Notes: generated by a model not told the origin, from the letters alone. 64,000 nucleotides of DNA from an uncultured Gemmatimonadaceae bacterium (GCA_963716745.1 OY970320.1:1632001-1696000); one strand, 5' to 3'; counted from the stretch's first letter, positions 1 to 11,500 are shown. Numbers and translations are program-made.

Positions 1-1772
1 ACTGGCATCCCACGCGCCACCAGATGCTCATTGGCACGCGTTTCGCCGACGTGGTGCAGGCGCATGCGGTATCGATGCCGGGCGGCGAGCGGCGACAGCT
101 CACCTTCTTCCCCGATCGCGTGCTGAGCGCGACCTACGAGCCGCGCGAGGGGAAGTATCTCATCGTGGAGCGCGACATCGGCGGCAATGAGTTCACACAG
201 CTCTACCGTTTCGATCTCACCAGCGGCGCCGCGACGCTGCTCACCGATGGCAAGTCGCAGAACGGCGCACCGGTGTGGTCGCGCGACGGCAAGCGGATCG
301 CGTACACGTCGTCACGGCGCAACGGGACGGACAAGGACATCTACACGATGGATCCGCTCGATCCGCACACCGACAAGATGTTGCTCCAGGTGGCCGGCGG
401 CGGATGGCAGGTGCACGATTGGTCGCCCGACGGGAAGTGGCTGCTCGCCGAACAGGGGATCTCGGTGAACGAGTCGTATCTCTGGATCGTGAACACCGCG
501 ACCGGCGAGAAGACCGCGCTCACGCCCAAAGGCGCGGACCTGGTCGCCTATGGCGGCGGCGAATTCAGCGCCGACGGCAAGGGCGTCTATACCACCACCG
601 ACCTCGGCAGCGAGTTCAATCACCTCGCGTACATCGCGATCGCCGGCGCGAAGCAGACGGCGATCACGAACGAACCATGGGACGTGGAGGAGTTCGCGCT
701 GTCGCGCGACGGCCGCATGTTGGCCTATGTCGTGAACGCCGACGGTGTGAGCCAGTTGCACGTAATGGACGTGCACGCCAGGAAGGCGATCCACATCCCG
801 AGCCCGCCCACCGGGGTCATCGGCGGCCTCGCATGGCATCGCGATTCACATTTGCTCGGATTCGCGCTCAACTCATCGCGCGCGCCCTCGGATGCGTACG
901 TGCTCGACCCGTCGGGCAAACAGCCGACGATCACGCGCTGGACGTTCAGCGAAACGGGCGGCGTGGACCTCTCGGCGATGCCGGAACCGCAGCTGGTGAA
1001 ATGGAAATCGTGGGACGGGCGCATGATCTCGGGCTTCCTCTACATGCCGCCCGCAAGGTTCACCGGCAAGCGCCCGGTGATCGTGAACATCCACGGCGGA
1101 CCCGAAGGACAATCGCGTCCGACGTTCCTGGGGCGCAACAACTATTTCGTGAACGAGCTCGGCATCGCGATGCTGTACCCCAACGTGCGAGGATCGACCG
1201 GCTTCGGGAAACAGTTCGCGCTGCTGGACAACGGGGTGCTGCGCGAGGGGACGTACAAGGACATCAACGCGCTATTCGACTGGATCGGCGCGAACGCATC
1301 GCTCGACGCTTCGAAAGTGCTCGTGACCGGCGGCAGCTACGGCGGCCACATGACGCTCGCCGTGGCGACGTACTACTCCGACCGCATCTGTTGCTCCGTG
1401 GACGTGGTCGGGATATCGAATCTCGTCACGTTCCTCGAGCACACCGAGAGCTACCGCCGCGATCTGCGCCGAGCGGAGTACGGCGACGAGCGTGACAGCA
1501 CGATCCGCGCGTTCATGGAGCGCACCGCGCCGCTCAACAACGCGCAGAAGATCACGAAGCCGCTCTTCATCGTCGCGGGCTTCAACGATCCGCGCGTCCC
1601 GTACACGGAAGCCGAACAAATGGTGGCCGCGGCAAGAAAGAACGGCGTGCCCGTGTGGTACTTACTCGGCAAGAACGAGGGACACGGATTCGCGAAGAAG
1701 GCGAATGCGGATTTCCAGTTCTATGCCACTGTAGAGTTCATCAGGAAATTCCTTCTCCAGGCTCCTGACTAA
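1..1772 (+). CDS. S9 family (prolyl oligopeptidase/acylaminoacyl) peptidase with beta-propeller, probably 5'-truncated by window edge
   Basis: WSRDG/WSPDG propeller repeats, IHGGPE, GGSYGG nucleophile elbow, NDPRVP and EGHGF triad motifs. Confidence 0.92.
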   Translation, partial: WHPTRHQMLIGTRFADVVQAHAVSMPGGERRQLTFFPDRVLSATYEPREGKYLIVERDIGGNEFTQLYRFDLTSGAATLLTDGKSQNGAPVWSRDGKRIAYTSSRRNGTDKDIYTMDPLDPHTDKMLLQVAGGGWQVHDWSPDGKWLLAEQGISVNESYLWIVNTATGEKTALTPKGADLVAYGGGEFSADGKGVYTTTDLGSEFNHLAYIAIAGAKQTAITNEPWDVEEFALSRDGRMLAYVVNADGVSQLHVMDVHARKAIHIPSPPTGVIGGLAWHRDSHLLGFALNSSRAPSDAYVLDPSGKQPTITRWTFSETGGVDLSAMPEPQLVKWKSWDGRMISGFLYMPPARFTGKRPVIVNIHGGPEGQSRPTFLGRNNYFVNELGIAMLYPNVRGSTGFGKQFALLDNGVLREGTYKDINALFDWIGANASLDASKVLVTGGSYGGHMTLAVATYYSDRICCSVDVVGISNLVTFLEHTESYRRDLRRAEYGDERDSTIRAFMERTAPLNNAQKITKPLFIVAGFNDPRVPYTEAEQMVAAARKNGVPVWYLLGKNEGHGFAKKANADFQFYATVEFIRKFLLQAPD

Positions 1773-1774
1773 CG

Positions 1775-1858
1775 GCCGGGAACCGGTTTCCGGGAACCGG
1801 TGATGCATGACAACTTATTTTGTTATGCCTCACCGGTTCCCGGAAACCGGTTCCCGGC
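1775..1858. repeat. Long inverted repeat (29-bp perfect arms built of CCGG-NNN heptamers) between convergent genes; probable bidirectional terminator/REP-like hairpin
   Basis: gccgggaaccggtttccgggaaccggtga (1775-1803) is the reverse complement of 1830-1858. Confidence 0.9.
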
Positions 1859-1863
1859 AGTTA

Positions 1864-2673
1864 TTAGAAGAGCGAGATCTGCTCCCCAAGTTCCGTCGGC
1901 TCGATCGGGCGCTGACCGAGCAGCCGTTGCAGCTGCCTCGCGCTGTACGGCGAATGTCCCGCGAAGTGGTTATTCACGAACCCACTCACCGCGGTCACCT
2001 TCTGGATCAAGAGAAGGATCGCCGCGCTCCATTCCTCGAGCTCGGCCGTGCGGTCGTGCTGGATGCGTGAGTAGTCCACGATCTCGCGGTTCGGCCCCAT
2101 CCAGCGCAGGTACGCGAAGTCGGCCGTGGGGCGCGCGGCGAGTGCGAGCATCGTCTTGCGCGGGATCCAGCGCGCGTCGGTGAGCGCGAGCGCGACGTTG
2201 TGATCGGCGAGGGTCTGCATCACGGTATCGTTGATCCAGCCGCGCTGGCGGAACTCCACGGCGAATCGCGCGTCGGCGGGCAGCCGGTCCAGGAATTGCG
2301 CGAGCGCCGGAAGTTCGGTGGGCGCGAAGTCGGGGCCGAGTTGGATGAGCACGGGTCCGAGCTTAGGGCCGAGCACATGCGCGCGGTCGAGGAACAATTC
2401 GAGCTGATCGTCCACATCCCGCAGGCGCCGCTCGTGCGTGATCTCCTGCGGCATCTTGAGCGCGAAGCTGAAATGCGCCGGCGTTCGGTCGGCCCAACCG
2501 CGCACGGTCTTCTCGGCGGGGATCGCGTAGAACGTCGAGTCCACTTCCACCGTGTCGAACGCGCGCGCGTAGAGTGTGAGGAAATCGGCGGCGCGTGTGC
2601 CGTCCGGATAGAACGGCCCCACCCACGCGTCGTAGTTCCAGCCCTGGGTGCCGAGGTGGATCTTGCCGGACAT
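1864..2673 (-). CDS. DUF72 domain protein
   Basis: GTQGWNY..W.GPFYP, TVEVDSTFY, F.FALKMPQEITH, YLRWMG, FVNNHFAG are typical DUF72 motifs; C-terminus QISLF. Confidence 0.92.
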   Translation of the reverse strand: MSGKIHLGTQGWNYDAWVGPFYPDGTRAADFLTLYARAFDTVEVDSTFYAIPAEKTVRGWADRTPAHFSFALKMPQEITHERRLRDVDDQLELFLDRAHVLGPKLGPVLIQLGPDFAPTELPALAQFLDRLPADARFAVEFRQRGWINDTVMQTLADHNVALALTDARWIPRKTMLALAARPTADFAYLRWMGPNREIVDYSRIQHDRTAELEEWSAAILLLIQKVTAVSGFVNNHFAGHSPYSARQLQRLLGQRPIEPTELGEQISLF

Positions 2674-2675
2674 GA

Positions 2676-3359
2676 TCAGTCCGCGCGCTCCACGAGCACG
2701 GTGCCCGCGAGCTCGGCGCCGATCACCTGCTCTTTGGCTCCCACTTTCAAGCGCAGCGGCCCGCCGTACGGCGCGCGTTCCAGGAGCTGCACGCGCGCGC
2801 CGGGCGTGAGGCCGAGCGAGCCGAGATAGCGCAGCCGCGCCGCATCCTCATCGCTCACTTCCACGATGCGCCCGCGTTCGCGCGGCGCGAGCGCATCGAG
2901 CGCGAGCATCGGCCGCTCGGCGATCTTCCCTTCGCGCGTCGGGATCGGCGCGCCGTGTGGATCCGTCGCGGGCTCTCCGATCGCGGTGGCCATGCGGTCC
3001 ACGAGTTCGTCGCTCGCGGCGTGCTCGAGACGTTCGGCCTCGTCGTGCACGCGATCCCACGAGAATCCCAGCGCGCGCGTGAGATACGCTTCGATCACGC
3101 GATGGCGGCGGATCGTGCGGAGCGCCACGCGGCGGCCGGCGGCGGTGAGGCGCACGCCGCGGTAGCGCTCGTGCGTGAGGAGCCGCTGCTTGGCGAGGCG
3201 TCGGATCATGCCGCTCACCGATGCGGGCGCGATCGCGAGACGCTGCGCGATCTCGTTCGTGCCCGCGGCATTGCCCAAGCGCTCGAGTTCGTAGATCGCC
3301 TTGAGATAATCCTCCACCGGCGCGGTATACGCGCCGGCCGCCCGCGGGCCGGCGTTCAC
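2676..3359 (-). CDS. mntR: DtxR/MntR family metal-dependent transcriptional regulator with C-terminal FeoA domain
   Basis: EDYLKAIY HTH, RRHRVIE..L, VHDEAERLEH, DPHGAPIP; GTG start at 3359 overlaps the usp stop. Confidence 0.92.
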   Translation of the reverse strand: MNAGPRAAGAYTAPVEDYLKAIYELERLGNAAGTNEIAQRLAIAPASVSGMIRRLAKQRLLTHERYRGVRLTAAGRRVALRTIRRHRVIEAYLTRALGFSWDRVHDEAERLEHAASDELVDRMATAIGEPATDPHGAPIPTREGKIAERPMLALDALAPRERGRIVEVSDEDAARLRYLGSLGLTPGARVQLLERAPYGGPLRLKVGAKEQVIGAELAGTVLVERAD

Positions 3360-3808
3360 TTGGCGGCCCAGATCGCGTGCGAGTCCGCCGAGCCGCGCAC
3401 GAGCAGCACCGGGATCGTGCAGCGGTGGCGCACCGACTCGGCGACACTGCCGAAGAGCAGGTCCTTGAAAAAGCGGTGGCCATGCGTGCTCATCGCGATG
3501 AGATCGCAATGTTCGCGCTCGGCGGCGGCGATGATCTCCGTGACGGGATCGCCGCCCGCGAGAATCGAATCCACCTTGAAGCCCGCAGCCTCCAGGAAAT
3601 TCGTCATGCGCTTGAGGTACTCGCGGTCCGCGCGCAGCTCCTCGCTCTCGCGCAACTCGAGCTGCTTCATGTTGCGGGCAGCGAAGCCGTCGGCGACGTG
3701 GATGAGCAGGATCGCGGCGCCGGACGCGTGCGCGAGCCGCGCCACGTGCGCGAGGATCGCATCGTCATACGGAGAGTTCTCGAGCGGAACGAGGATGCGC
3801 GAGTACAT
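3356..3808 (-). CDS. Universal stress protein (UspA family)
   Basis: MYSRILVPL..., DLIAMSTHG...LLFGSVAESV.H...IPVLLVR; the real gene is the C-terminal part of track ORF 3356..5122. Confidence 0.92.
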   Translation of the reverse strand: MYSRILVPLENSPYDDAILAHVARLAHASGAAILLIHVADGFAARNMKQLELRESEELRADREYLKRMTNFLEAAGFKVDSILAGGDPVTEIIAAAEREHCDLIAMSTHGHRFFKDLLFGSVAESVRHRCTIPVLLVRGSADSHAIWAAK

Positions 3809-3816
3809 GCCTGCCG

Positions 3817-5187
3817 TCACCCGAAGAAGATCTGGAGGAGCAGCCATACGTTCAATCCGGCGATGCCGAACGCAACGAGATACGAGAGCCATTTCATCCA
3901 GCCGGCGTTCACGAACTCCCCCATCTTGGCGCGATCCGACGTGAAGCGCACGAGGGGGAAGACGGCGAAGGAAAGCTGTGCGCTGAGCACCACTTGACTG
4001 AGCACGAGCAGCTTGGCGGTCCCACTCTCGCCGTAGAGCGCGGCGACGATCACCGCCGGCACGATCGCGATGCCCCGCGTGATCATCCGGCGCAGCCAGG
4101 GGCGAAGCCGGAGGTTCAGGAACCCCTCCATGACGATCTGCCCGGCGAGCGTTCCCGTCAATGTCGAGTTGAGGCCCGACGCGAGCAGCGCGAGCGCGAA
4201 CACAGTGCTGGCGGCGGCCGCGCCGAGGAGCGGCGAGAGCAACTGGTACGCCTGCTGGATCTCCGCCACATCGTGCATTCCGGCGCGGTGGAACGTCGCG
4301 GCCGCCACGACGAGAATGGCGCCATTGATGAACAGCGCGAAGGTGAGCGCGACCGTGGAATCGAGGAACGCGAACCGCACGGCTTCGCGCTTCCCCGCCG
4401 CGGTCTCCTCGTACTTCCGCGTCTGCACGATCGAGGAATGCAGATAGAGATTGTGCGGCATGACCGTGGCGCCGAGGATGCCCATCGCGATGTAGAGCAT
4501 CTGCGGATTGCGCACGATGACGGCCTGCGGCACCAGACCGCCCAACACACCGGCGAGTTCCGGGCGCGCCACAATGAGTTCGAAGAGGAACGCGCAGCCG
4601 ATCGTTGCGATGAGTCCGACCACCATCGCCTCCAGCAGGCGGTAGCCGCGGTGCTGGAGCCAGAGCACGATGAGCACGTCGAGCGCGGTGAGCAGCACGC
4701 CGGCGACGAGCGGAACGTGGAAGAGGAGATTGAGCGCGATCGCGGCGCCGATCACCTCGGCGAGGTCGCACGCAGCGATCGCGAACTCGCAGATGACCCA
4801 GAGGAACCAGACCACCGGGCGTGGATAGTGATCGCGGCACGCCTGTGCGAGATCGCGGCCGGTGACGATGCCGAGCCTCGAGGAGAGGCCCTGGAGCAAT
4901 ACGGCGAGCAGATTCGACAGCAGCACCACCGAGAGCAGCGTGTAGCCGAACGCGGATCCGCCGGCGAGGTCGGTCGCCCAATTGCCGGGATCCATGTAGC
5001 CGACGGCCACGAGGTATCCGGGCCCGGCGAAAGCGAACGCCTTCCGCCACCACGACGTCTGCGGCACGACGACCGTGCGATACGCCTCGGCGAGACTGGG
5101 CGCGAGCCGCGGGCGCCGCCACCCGAGTTCGGGGCGCGGTTCTTGGTGCGGTGTTGGATCGCGGTTCGGAGCCGGTGCGGATTCCAT
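3817..5187 (-). CDS. mntH: Nramp family Mn2+/H+ symporter
   Basis: [11 protein letters not shown] and [13 protein letters not shown] signature motifs; multiple TM segments. Confidence 0.97.
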   Translation of the reverse strand: MESAPAPNRDPTPHQEPRPELGWRRPRLAPSLAEAYRTVVVPQTSWWRKAFAFAGPGYLVAVGYMDPGNWATDLAGGSAFGYTLLSVVLLSNLLAVLLQGLSSRLGIVTGRDLAQACRDHYPRPVVWFLWVICEFAIAACDLAEVIGAAIALNLLFHVPLVAGVLLTALDVLIVLWLQHRGYRLLEAMVVGLIATIGCAFLFELIVARPELAGVLGGLVPQAVIVRNPQMLYIAMGILGATVMPHNLYLHSSIVQTRKYEETAAGKREAVRFAFLDSTVALTFALFINGAILVVAAATFHRAGMHDVAEIQQAYQLLSPLLGAAAASTVFALALLASGLNSTLTGTLAGQIVMEGFLNLRLRPWLRRMITRGIAIVPAVIVAALYGESGTAKLLVLSQVVLSAQLSFAVFPLVRFTSDRAKMGEFVNAGWMKWLSYLVAFGIAGLNVWLLLQIFFG

Positions 5188-5217
5188 GCGCGGGGAAGCT
5201 ATGCGAGCCTAGGAAAG

Positions 5218-5237
5218 AATTTAGCCTCTCCTAACTT
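5218..5237. promoter_or_regulatory. Candidate MntR/DtxR operator upstream of mntH
   Basis: AT-rich imperfect palindrome aatTTAGcctctcCTAActt 30 bp upstream of the mntH start; resembles TTAG-N6-CTAA DtxR-family boxes. Confidence 0.75.
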
Positions 5238-5270
5238 ACGCACGACTCGGTACGCACGCAACATTGCAGT

Positions 5271-5594
5271 CTATCGAATTCCTTCCCTCCCGCGCCGCAG
5301 CCATTCGATCAACTCGGGATCATCGGCCACCGCGGCGTCGGGCACCACGAGCCACGTGCTCATCGGCCGCTCGCCGTCCGGCGCGAACGCCGTGATGCCA
5401 GGCTCGGCGAGGAGCGCCGCGTATTCGCTCGCCGGGACCTTCACGAGGAGCCCTTCCCCCCACACGATCACGAATGTTTTCTTTCCCAGCAGGAAGCCGC
5501 GTCCGCCGAAGACGTTCTTCTGGCGGGCGCTCCGTTCGCCAATGCGTTCGAGCGCGTCGGCGACGCGGGCGGCGAGTCCGTGGTCATACGCCAT
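5271..5594 (-). CDS. TfoX/Sxy N-terminal domain protein
   Basis: MAYD..LA.RV, K.VFGG.GFLL, LLVKV, RPMSTWLVV...L..W. Confidence 0.8.
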   Translation of the reverse strand: MAYDHGLAARVADALERIGERSARQKNVFGGRGFLLGKKTFVIVWGEGLLVKVPASEYAALLAEPGITAFAPDGERPMSTWLVVPDAAVADDPELIEWLRRGREGIR

Positions 5595-5620
5595 CGTGCC
5601 CCCTCGAGCCGGGACCGGTC

Positions 5621-6184
5621 ATGCTCGCTAAGCTGCAGCGACGATTCGACGCGATCGAGACGCGACGTCTCGTGCTCCTCGAGGACCTCGCCGCACTCAC
5701 GCCGGCGCAGCGCGCGTTCCGCCCGATGCCCACCGCCTGGTGCCTCACCGATGTCGCGCAGCATCTCGCGCTCGTGGACGGCCGCACCACGCGCGCGCTC
5801 ACCGAACGACGCGTGTCCGGTGTCACGCGCCGCCGCGCCGTCGACGTGGTGTTCTGGATGCGCGTGCTCGACCTGATCTGGATCACCAATGTTCGCGTGA
5901 AGATGCCGGTGAAGGGCGTCGCGCCCGACCCCGCCGTGACACTCGACGATGCGGCGGCCCGCTGGGCGAACTCTCGCGCCGCCCTGCGCGCGTACCTCGA
6001 GACGATCGACGAAGCCGCCTCACGCGCGCTCGTCAACAAGCACCCCGTGGGCGGCTACATGGACATCTCCGAGACGCTGCGTTTCCTCGAGAAGCATCAC
6101 GATCATCACCTGCATCAGGTGGCGCGCCTCAAGCGGTCGCGGGAGTTCCCCACGACGGATCGAGCCGCTTCAGGAACTGCGTGA
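5621..6184 (+). CDS. DinB/YfiT-like family protein
   Basis: FRP...AW.L..V.QHL, HP..G, H..HHLHQ metal-binding His pattern. Confidence 0.8.
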   Translation: MLAKLQRRFDAIETRRLVLLEDLAALTPAQRAFRPMPTAWCLTDVAQHLALVDGRTTRALTERRVSGVTRRRAVDVVFWMRVLDLIWITNVRVKMPVKGVAPDPAVTLDDAAARWANSRAALRAYLETIDEAASRALVNKHPVGGYMDISETLRFLEKHHDHHLHQVARLKRSREFPTTDRAASGTA

Positions 6185-6770
6185 GGATCCGCTCGGTGAG
6201 CCCCCACACCACATTGCCCTCGTAAACGAATCCCGGGAAATCGCGACGCATCCCGCGGATCTCGATCGTCACCGCGCTCCATGAGCGCGCGTCGCGCAAC
6301 ACGTCCAACGGCACCCAGAAGACGCCGCTCACCTCCGCGCTGAGCGTTACCTGCATCGGCCCTGCCAGCACGGCCACGTACGGTGCGATCGCGATCGCCG
6401 GCAGCACCGGACTGCTCGGCTGCAACTCGTCCAGCCGCCCCAAAATGCGCCCGTGGGCCGCGAGATCGATGCCCGTCTCCTCACGTGTCTCGCGCACGGC
6501 CGTCTCGACGAGCGACGCGTCGCCCGGCTCGCGGCGGCCGCCGGGCAGCGCTACCTGCCCGCTCCATGGATCGCCCGCGAACTCGGCGCGCCGGATAAGC
6601 AAGAACTCGAGCGCGCCCGCGCCGGTGATGCGGATGATGAGCGCGACCGCCGCGCGTCGCAGGGGATCCGACAGCCCGAGTTGCTCGCCGGGCCGCTCCA
6701 CGAGCGACAATGCGAGACGCAGGACGAGCGGATGGGAGAGCACGCCCGCGAGCGACGAGCCTTGCTCCAC
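6129..6770 (-). CDS. Nudix hydrolase, CoA pyrophosphatase-like
   Basis: DPWSGQVALPGGRREPGD....TAVRETREETG Nudix box, VWGLT; GTG start inferred. Confidence 0.9.
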   Translation of the reverse strand: MEQGSSLAGVLSHPLVLRLALSLVERPGEQLGLSDPLRRAAVALIIRITGAGALEFLLIRRAEFAGDPWSGQVALPGGRREPGDASLVETAVRETREETGIDLAAHGRILGRLDELQPSSPVLPAIAIAPYVAVLAGPMQVTLSAEVSGVFWVPLDVLRDARSWSAVTIEIRGMRRDFPGFVYEGNVVWGLTERILTQFLKRLDPSWGTPATA

Positions 6771-6772
6771 GC

Positions 6773-7135
6773 TCAGTCGTCGTCGAGCTCGCCGCCGGCT
6801 TCCATCCAGGCCGTCACGCCGCCGGTGAGCGAGTGCACGCGCGCGTAGCCCATCGCGCGAAGTTGGTCGGTGGCCAACACCGAGCGATTCCCCTTGTTGC
6901 AGTACACGATCACGTCGCGGTCGCGGGGCACGCGCGCCGCCGCTTCCGCCGCGAGCGAGCCGATCGGGATGTGCGTGGCGCCGGCAATGCGGAAGAGATT
7001 CCACTCGTTCAGCTCGCGCACATCCAGGAACAGCGCGCTGCCCGCCTCGCGCCGGCCGATCGCCTCAGCCGGCGCGATCTCGCTGATCCGCGTGCGCGCC
7101 TCCGCGACCAGATCCTCTTCGCTGCGTTCACTCAT
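6773..7135 (-). CDS. Rhodanese-like domain protein
   Basis: FLDVRE..EW...RI.GA, YCNKGNRS, SLTGGVTAW. Confidence 0.9.
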   Translation of the reverse strand: MSERSEEDLVAEARTRISEIAPAEAIGRREAGSALFLDVRELNEWNLFRIAGATHIPIGSLAAEAAARVPRDRDVIVYCNKGNRSVLATDQLRAMGYARVHSLTGGVTAWMEAGGELDDD

Positions 7136-7205
7136 CGTCGCTCCATCTCTCCGTGCCCGCCGAATCATAGCGCGGCGCGCGCGCGCCCGGTACTTTGAGC
7201 GCGTG

Positions 7206-8424
7206 ATGCCCGCGCTGGCCCTCGCACTCGATGCACTCCAGACGCTCGCCGCGGCGGCGGCGCAGCTCACGCTCTGGCCCGTGCTCGCGGCGCTGCCGTG
7301 GATCCTGATGCCGTTCATCATGATCGGACGGCTGAACGGCTCCCGCACGCTGGACGGCGAGAACGCCGACCCGCCGGGCGGCGCGCCGCTGCTGTCGGTG
7401 ATCATTCCCGCACGCAACGAGGCGCGCAACATCGCCCGCTGTCTCAACTGTGTGCTCGGCAGCCCCTACCGCGCGATCGAAGTCGTCGTCGTCGACGACC
7501 GCTCCGAAGATGAGACGGGGGAGATCGCGCGCCTCATCGCCGAGCGCGACCGGCGCGTGCGCGTCATCGAAGCGCCGCCATTGCCCGACGGCTGGTTCGG
7601 CAAGCAGTGGGCGTGCGAGAATGGCGCGATGGCGGCCAATGGCTCGATCCTGCTCTTTTTGGACGCCGACACCGCGCCCGGCCCCGAACTCTTCGCGCGC
7701 AGCGTGAACGCGATGCTCGCGCGGCAGCTGGACGTTCCTCACCGTGGTGGGCCGACAGGAACTGAAGACGTTCTGGGAGCGCGTGGTGCAGCCACACATC
7801 TTCGCGATGATCGCGATGCGGTTCGGCGGTCCGGGCGAGATCAACAGATCGCCGCGCGTGGCCGACAAGATCGCGAACGGCCAGTGCATGTTGCTCACCC
7901 GCAAATCGTACGAAGCGATCGGCGGCCACGCCTCGGTGCGGCGGAAACCGGCGGAGGACCTCGCGCTCGCGCAGCGCGCCTTCGCGCTGGGGCAGCGCAC
8001 CGAGATGATCGTGGGCGTGGACTATCTGGCGACGCGCATGTACACGTCGCTGCGCGAGATCGTGGATGGCTGGACCAAGAACATCTGGACCGCGTCGCCC
8101 GACGCCGCGCCAGGCGGGCGCGTGGGCGCGGCCGTGCTGCCGCTCTTGTTGCCGGTGCCGCCGCTGTTCGTGCTCGCGCCGCCGGCGTTGCTCGTGGCGC
8201 AGTTCTTCACGCCGATGAGCCCGAACGTCGCCGCGTGGGCGCTGCTCACCACCGGCGTGATGATCGTATTCTGGGCCCTCATGTACGCGGCGGTCGCGGG
8301 CTTCTCGCCGCTGTACGCGTTCGCGTTCCCGCTCGGCGCCGCCGTGGTGCTCTACATCATCCTGCGCGCCATGGTGCGTGGCCGGCGCGTACAGTGGAAA
8401 GGCCGGGCGTACGTGACGGGGTAA
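7206..8424 (+). CDS. GT2 family glycosyltransferase (CrtQ/HpnB-like membrane GT); +1 frameshift at ~7734, probably sequencing error
   Basis: VIIPARNEA, VVDDRSED, GWFGKQWAC, LFLDAD, then ANGQCMLL, EDLALA, RMY...GWTKN, WKGR in the next frame. Confidence 0.85.
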
Positions 8425-8502
8425 CTCTCGCCGCGCGGCGCAATGGCGCGCGGCGCAACAACTCGATGGTAGTGCCGGCTCCACCGGTGCGCAGCGTGAC
8501 GG

Positions 8503-11500
8503 GTGCTCACGCTCCGATCCGCGGCCGACCTGCTCGCCGCCGCCCGCTCGCTCGACACGCTCGCGCCCGTCGCCGCGGCCGCGGGGTTCACATCCGCGCC
8601 ATTGCCACTCGACGCCGGCGCGCGTACGGCGCTCGGCCTCGACGGACTCGCGCGCGAGGCACGGATCGTGACCGCCGCCGGCACGCTGCGCGCGCTCCTC
8701 GTCATGCTCGAGCCCGGCGCGCAGGTACGCGAGCGCGTCGCGGCGATCGCCGGCCGGCTGACGCGCCGCGCGCCACATCTCTTGTGGCTGGTCGTCGCCG
8801 CATCCGAGAGCGACGTCGCCATCGCGTGCTGGCGCGACGACGGCCACGGCCGCGCGCGTGTCGCGGCGCTCGTCGCCAGCCACGCGCAGATCACACCGAG
8901 CGATGCGGAAACGCTGCGCACGCTCGCCGTTCGGCCCAATGCGCACGATGTGCTCACCCACGCGCGCTGGCTCGACGTGCTGGGTCGCGACGCACTCAGC
9001 CGGCGCTTCTACGGCGCGCTGGAAGGCGTCGTGTCATCGCTCGCCGCCGAGGCGATCGGCCGCGCGAGCCAGGAGGACCGCCGCGCCACGGCCATCCTCG
9101 ATCTCAGCCGCCTGCTCTTCCTGGTGTTCCTCGAAGCGAAAGGCTGGCTCGACAACGACCCCCGCTTTCTCGAGCACCGGTTCGCGTCGTGCATGGAGCG
9201 CGGCGGGCATTTCCATGCGCGCATGCTGCTTCCGCTCTTCTTCGGCACACTCAACACGCCGCTTCGTCACCGCGCCACCACGGCGAGGTCGTTCGGACGC
9301 ATCCCATTCCTGAACGGCGGTCTGTTCGCGCGCACGCCGCTCGAGCGTCGCGCGAAGCTCGTCTTTCCCGATGCCGCGATCGGTACGGTCTTCAGCGAGC
9401 TGCTGTTGCGTTACCGCTTCACCGCGCGCGAGGACTCGGCGGCATGGAGCTGAAGCCGCGATCGATCCCGAGATGCTCGGCAAGGCGTTCGAGTCCCTCA
9501 TGTCGTCGCAGGAGCGACGCGCGAGCGGCGCGTACTACACGCCGCAGCCGATCGTCGAGGCGGTCACGCGCGCCGCGCTCGCGCCGGCGCTGCGTGGCGC
9601 CGCGCCGCCGGCCGTGATAGAACGCGCGCTCGCGGGCGACGATGTTCCGGAGCGAGCGAGCGCATCGTTGCGCGCGCGCCTGGGTGAGATCCGATTGCTC
9701 GACCCCGCGTGCGGTTCGGGCGCATTCCTCGTGCACGCGCTGGAAACAATGTCGGCGCTCGCCGGACGGCTCGGCGACGTGCGACCGGTCGCGGCGGTCC
9801 GCCGGGAGTTCCTGACGCGCGCGATCTTCGGCGTGGACCTGAATCCGACCGCCGTGTGGCTCTGCGAACTCAGACTCTGGCTCTCGGTGGTGATCGAGAG
9901 CGGCGAGCGCGATCCGCTCGCCGTGGCCCCGCTCCCGAATCTCGATCGGAATATTCGGGTGGGCGACGCGCTGGCGGGTGCCGCATTCGCGGGCGAGCGC
10001 GTGCCCGTGCGCGGCGGCGCGGCGATCAGCATGCTGCGCGAGCGATATGCGCGGGCGACCGGCGCGCGCAAGCGCACTTTGAACCGCGCGCTCGAGCGCG
10101 CGGAACGCACGCTGGCGCTCGCGCTGCTCGATGCGGCGGCGGGGCGGAACCGCGCCGAGCGCCGCGATGTGATCGCCGTGCTCCGCGGCCGCGACCTGTT
10201 CGGCGACCGCGTGCGCGCCTCGCGCGAGACGGCCGGGCATCTCAAGGCGCTGCGCGCGGCCGGCCGCGACATCGCGGCGGCGCGACGCGCTCTCGCCGGA
10301 GGCGGAGCGCTGCGCTTCGATTGGGCCACGCATTTCCCGCACATTCCCGCCCGCGGCGGATTCGACGCGGTGATCGGGAATCCACCGTGGGTGCGCCTGC
10401 ACCGTATCCCGCCGTCGGCCCGGGCCGCCTTGCGCGCCCGCTACGCCATCTTCCGGTCGGCGGCGTGGGAGCGCGGCGCCGCGAGTGCACGGGCGGGAGC
10501 CGGTTTCGCGGCGCAAGTGGATCTCGCATCGCTCTTCGTCGAGCGTTCCGTGGATCTGCTCCGTGCGGGCGGCACGCTCGCGCTGCTCCTGCCGGCGAAG
10601 CTCTGGCGATCCCTCGCCGGCGGAGGTCTCAGGCGATTGCTCACCGAGCGTACGATGGTGCTCGCGCTCGAGGACTGGACAGATTCTCCGCACTCGTTCG
10701 ATGCCGCGGTCTATCCATCGCTTCTGGTCGCGCGCCGCCGCGAGGACCCGGCGCCGGCGCCGGATATCGACGTCGCGTTCCACAGCAAGCGCGGGATACT
10801 CCGCTGGTCCGTCGCGGAGGACCGTCTCGCATTCGACGCCGATCCGTCGAGCCCATGGCTCGCGCTGCCGCCCACCGTGCGCGACGCCTTCGATCGCCTC
10901 ACCCGCGCAGGTGTTCCGCTCGCGAGATCGCCCTTCGGCGCTCCGCTCCTCGGCGTGAAATGCGGATGCAACGCGGCCTTCGTCGTATCGCTCGCGGGGG
11001 GAGCGAACGGGCTCGCGCACGTGCGCAGCGGCGAGCGCACCGGCGCCATCGAGCGCGCGCTGCTCCGTCCGCTCCTGCGCGGCGAGCACGTGACGCCATG
11101 GAGCGCGGAGGGTCCGGCGGAATTCCTCATCTGGACGCACGGCCGCGACGGCCCGCCGCTCGCGCGTCTGCCGGTGCACGCCGCGCATTGGTTCTCGCAT
11201 TGGCGCCGCGATCTCGGCCAGCGCACCGACGTCCGGAACGGGGGCGCCTGGTGGTCGCTCTTCCGCACGGCGGGCGCGCACGATGCGTGCTCGCGCGTCG
11301 TGTGGGCGGACATGGGCCGCGCGCCCCGCGCGCTCATCCTCAACGCCGGCGATCCGACGGTCGCCTTGAACTCGTGCTATGTACTCCCGTGCGCCGATCC
11401 GATCGATGCCGCCGCGATCGCGGCGCTCCTGAATTCGCCGCTCGCCGCCGCGTGGCTTGGCGTGATCGCCGAACCCGCGCGCGGCGGCTACAAACGTTTC

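Noticed and set aside
6870..9617. 915-aa ORF as a single protein
   Set aside because: It is a chimera of the GT2 N-terminus with out-of-frame Arg/Ala-rich read-through caused by the 7734 frameshift.
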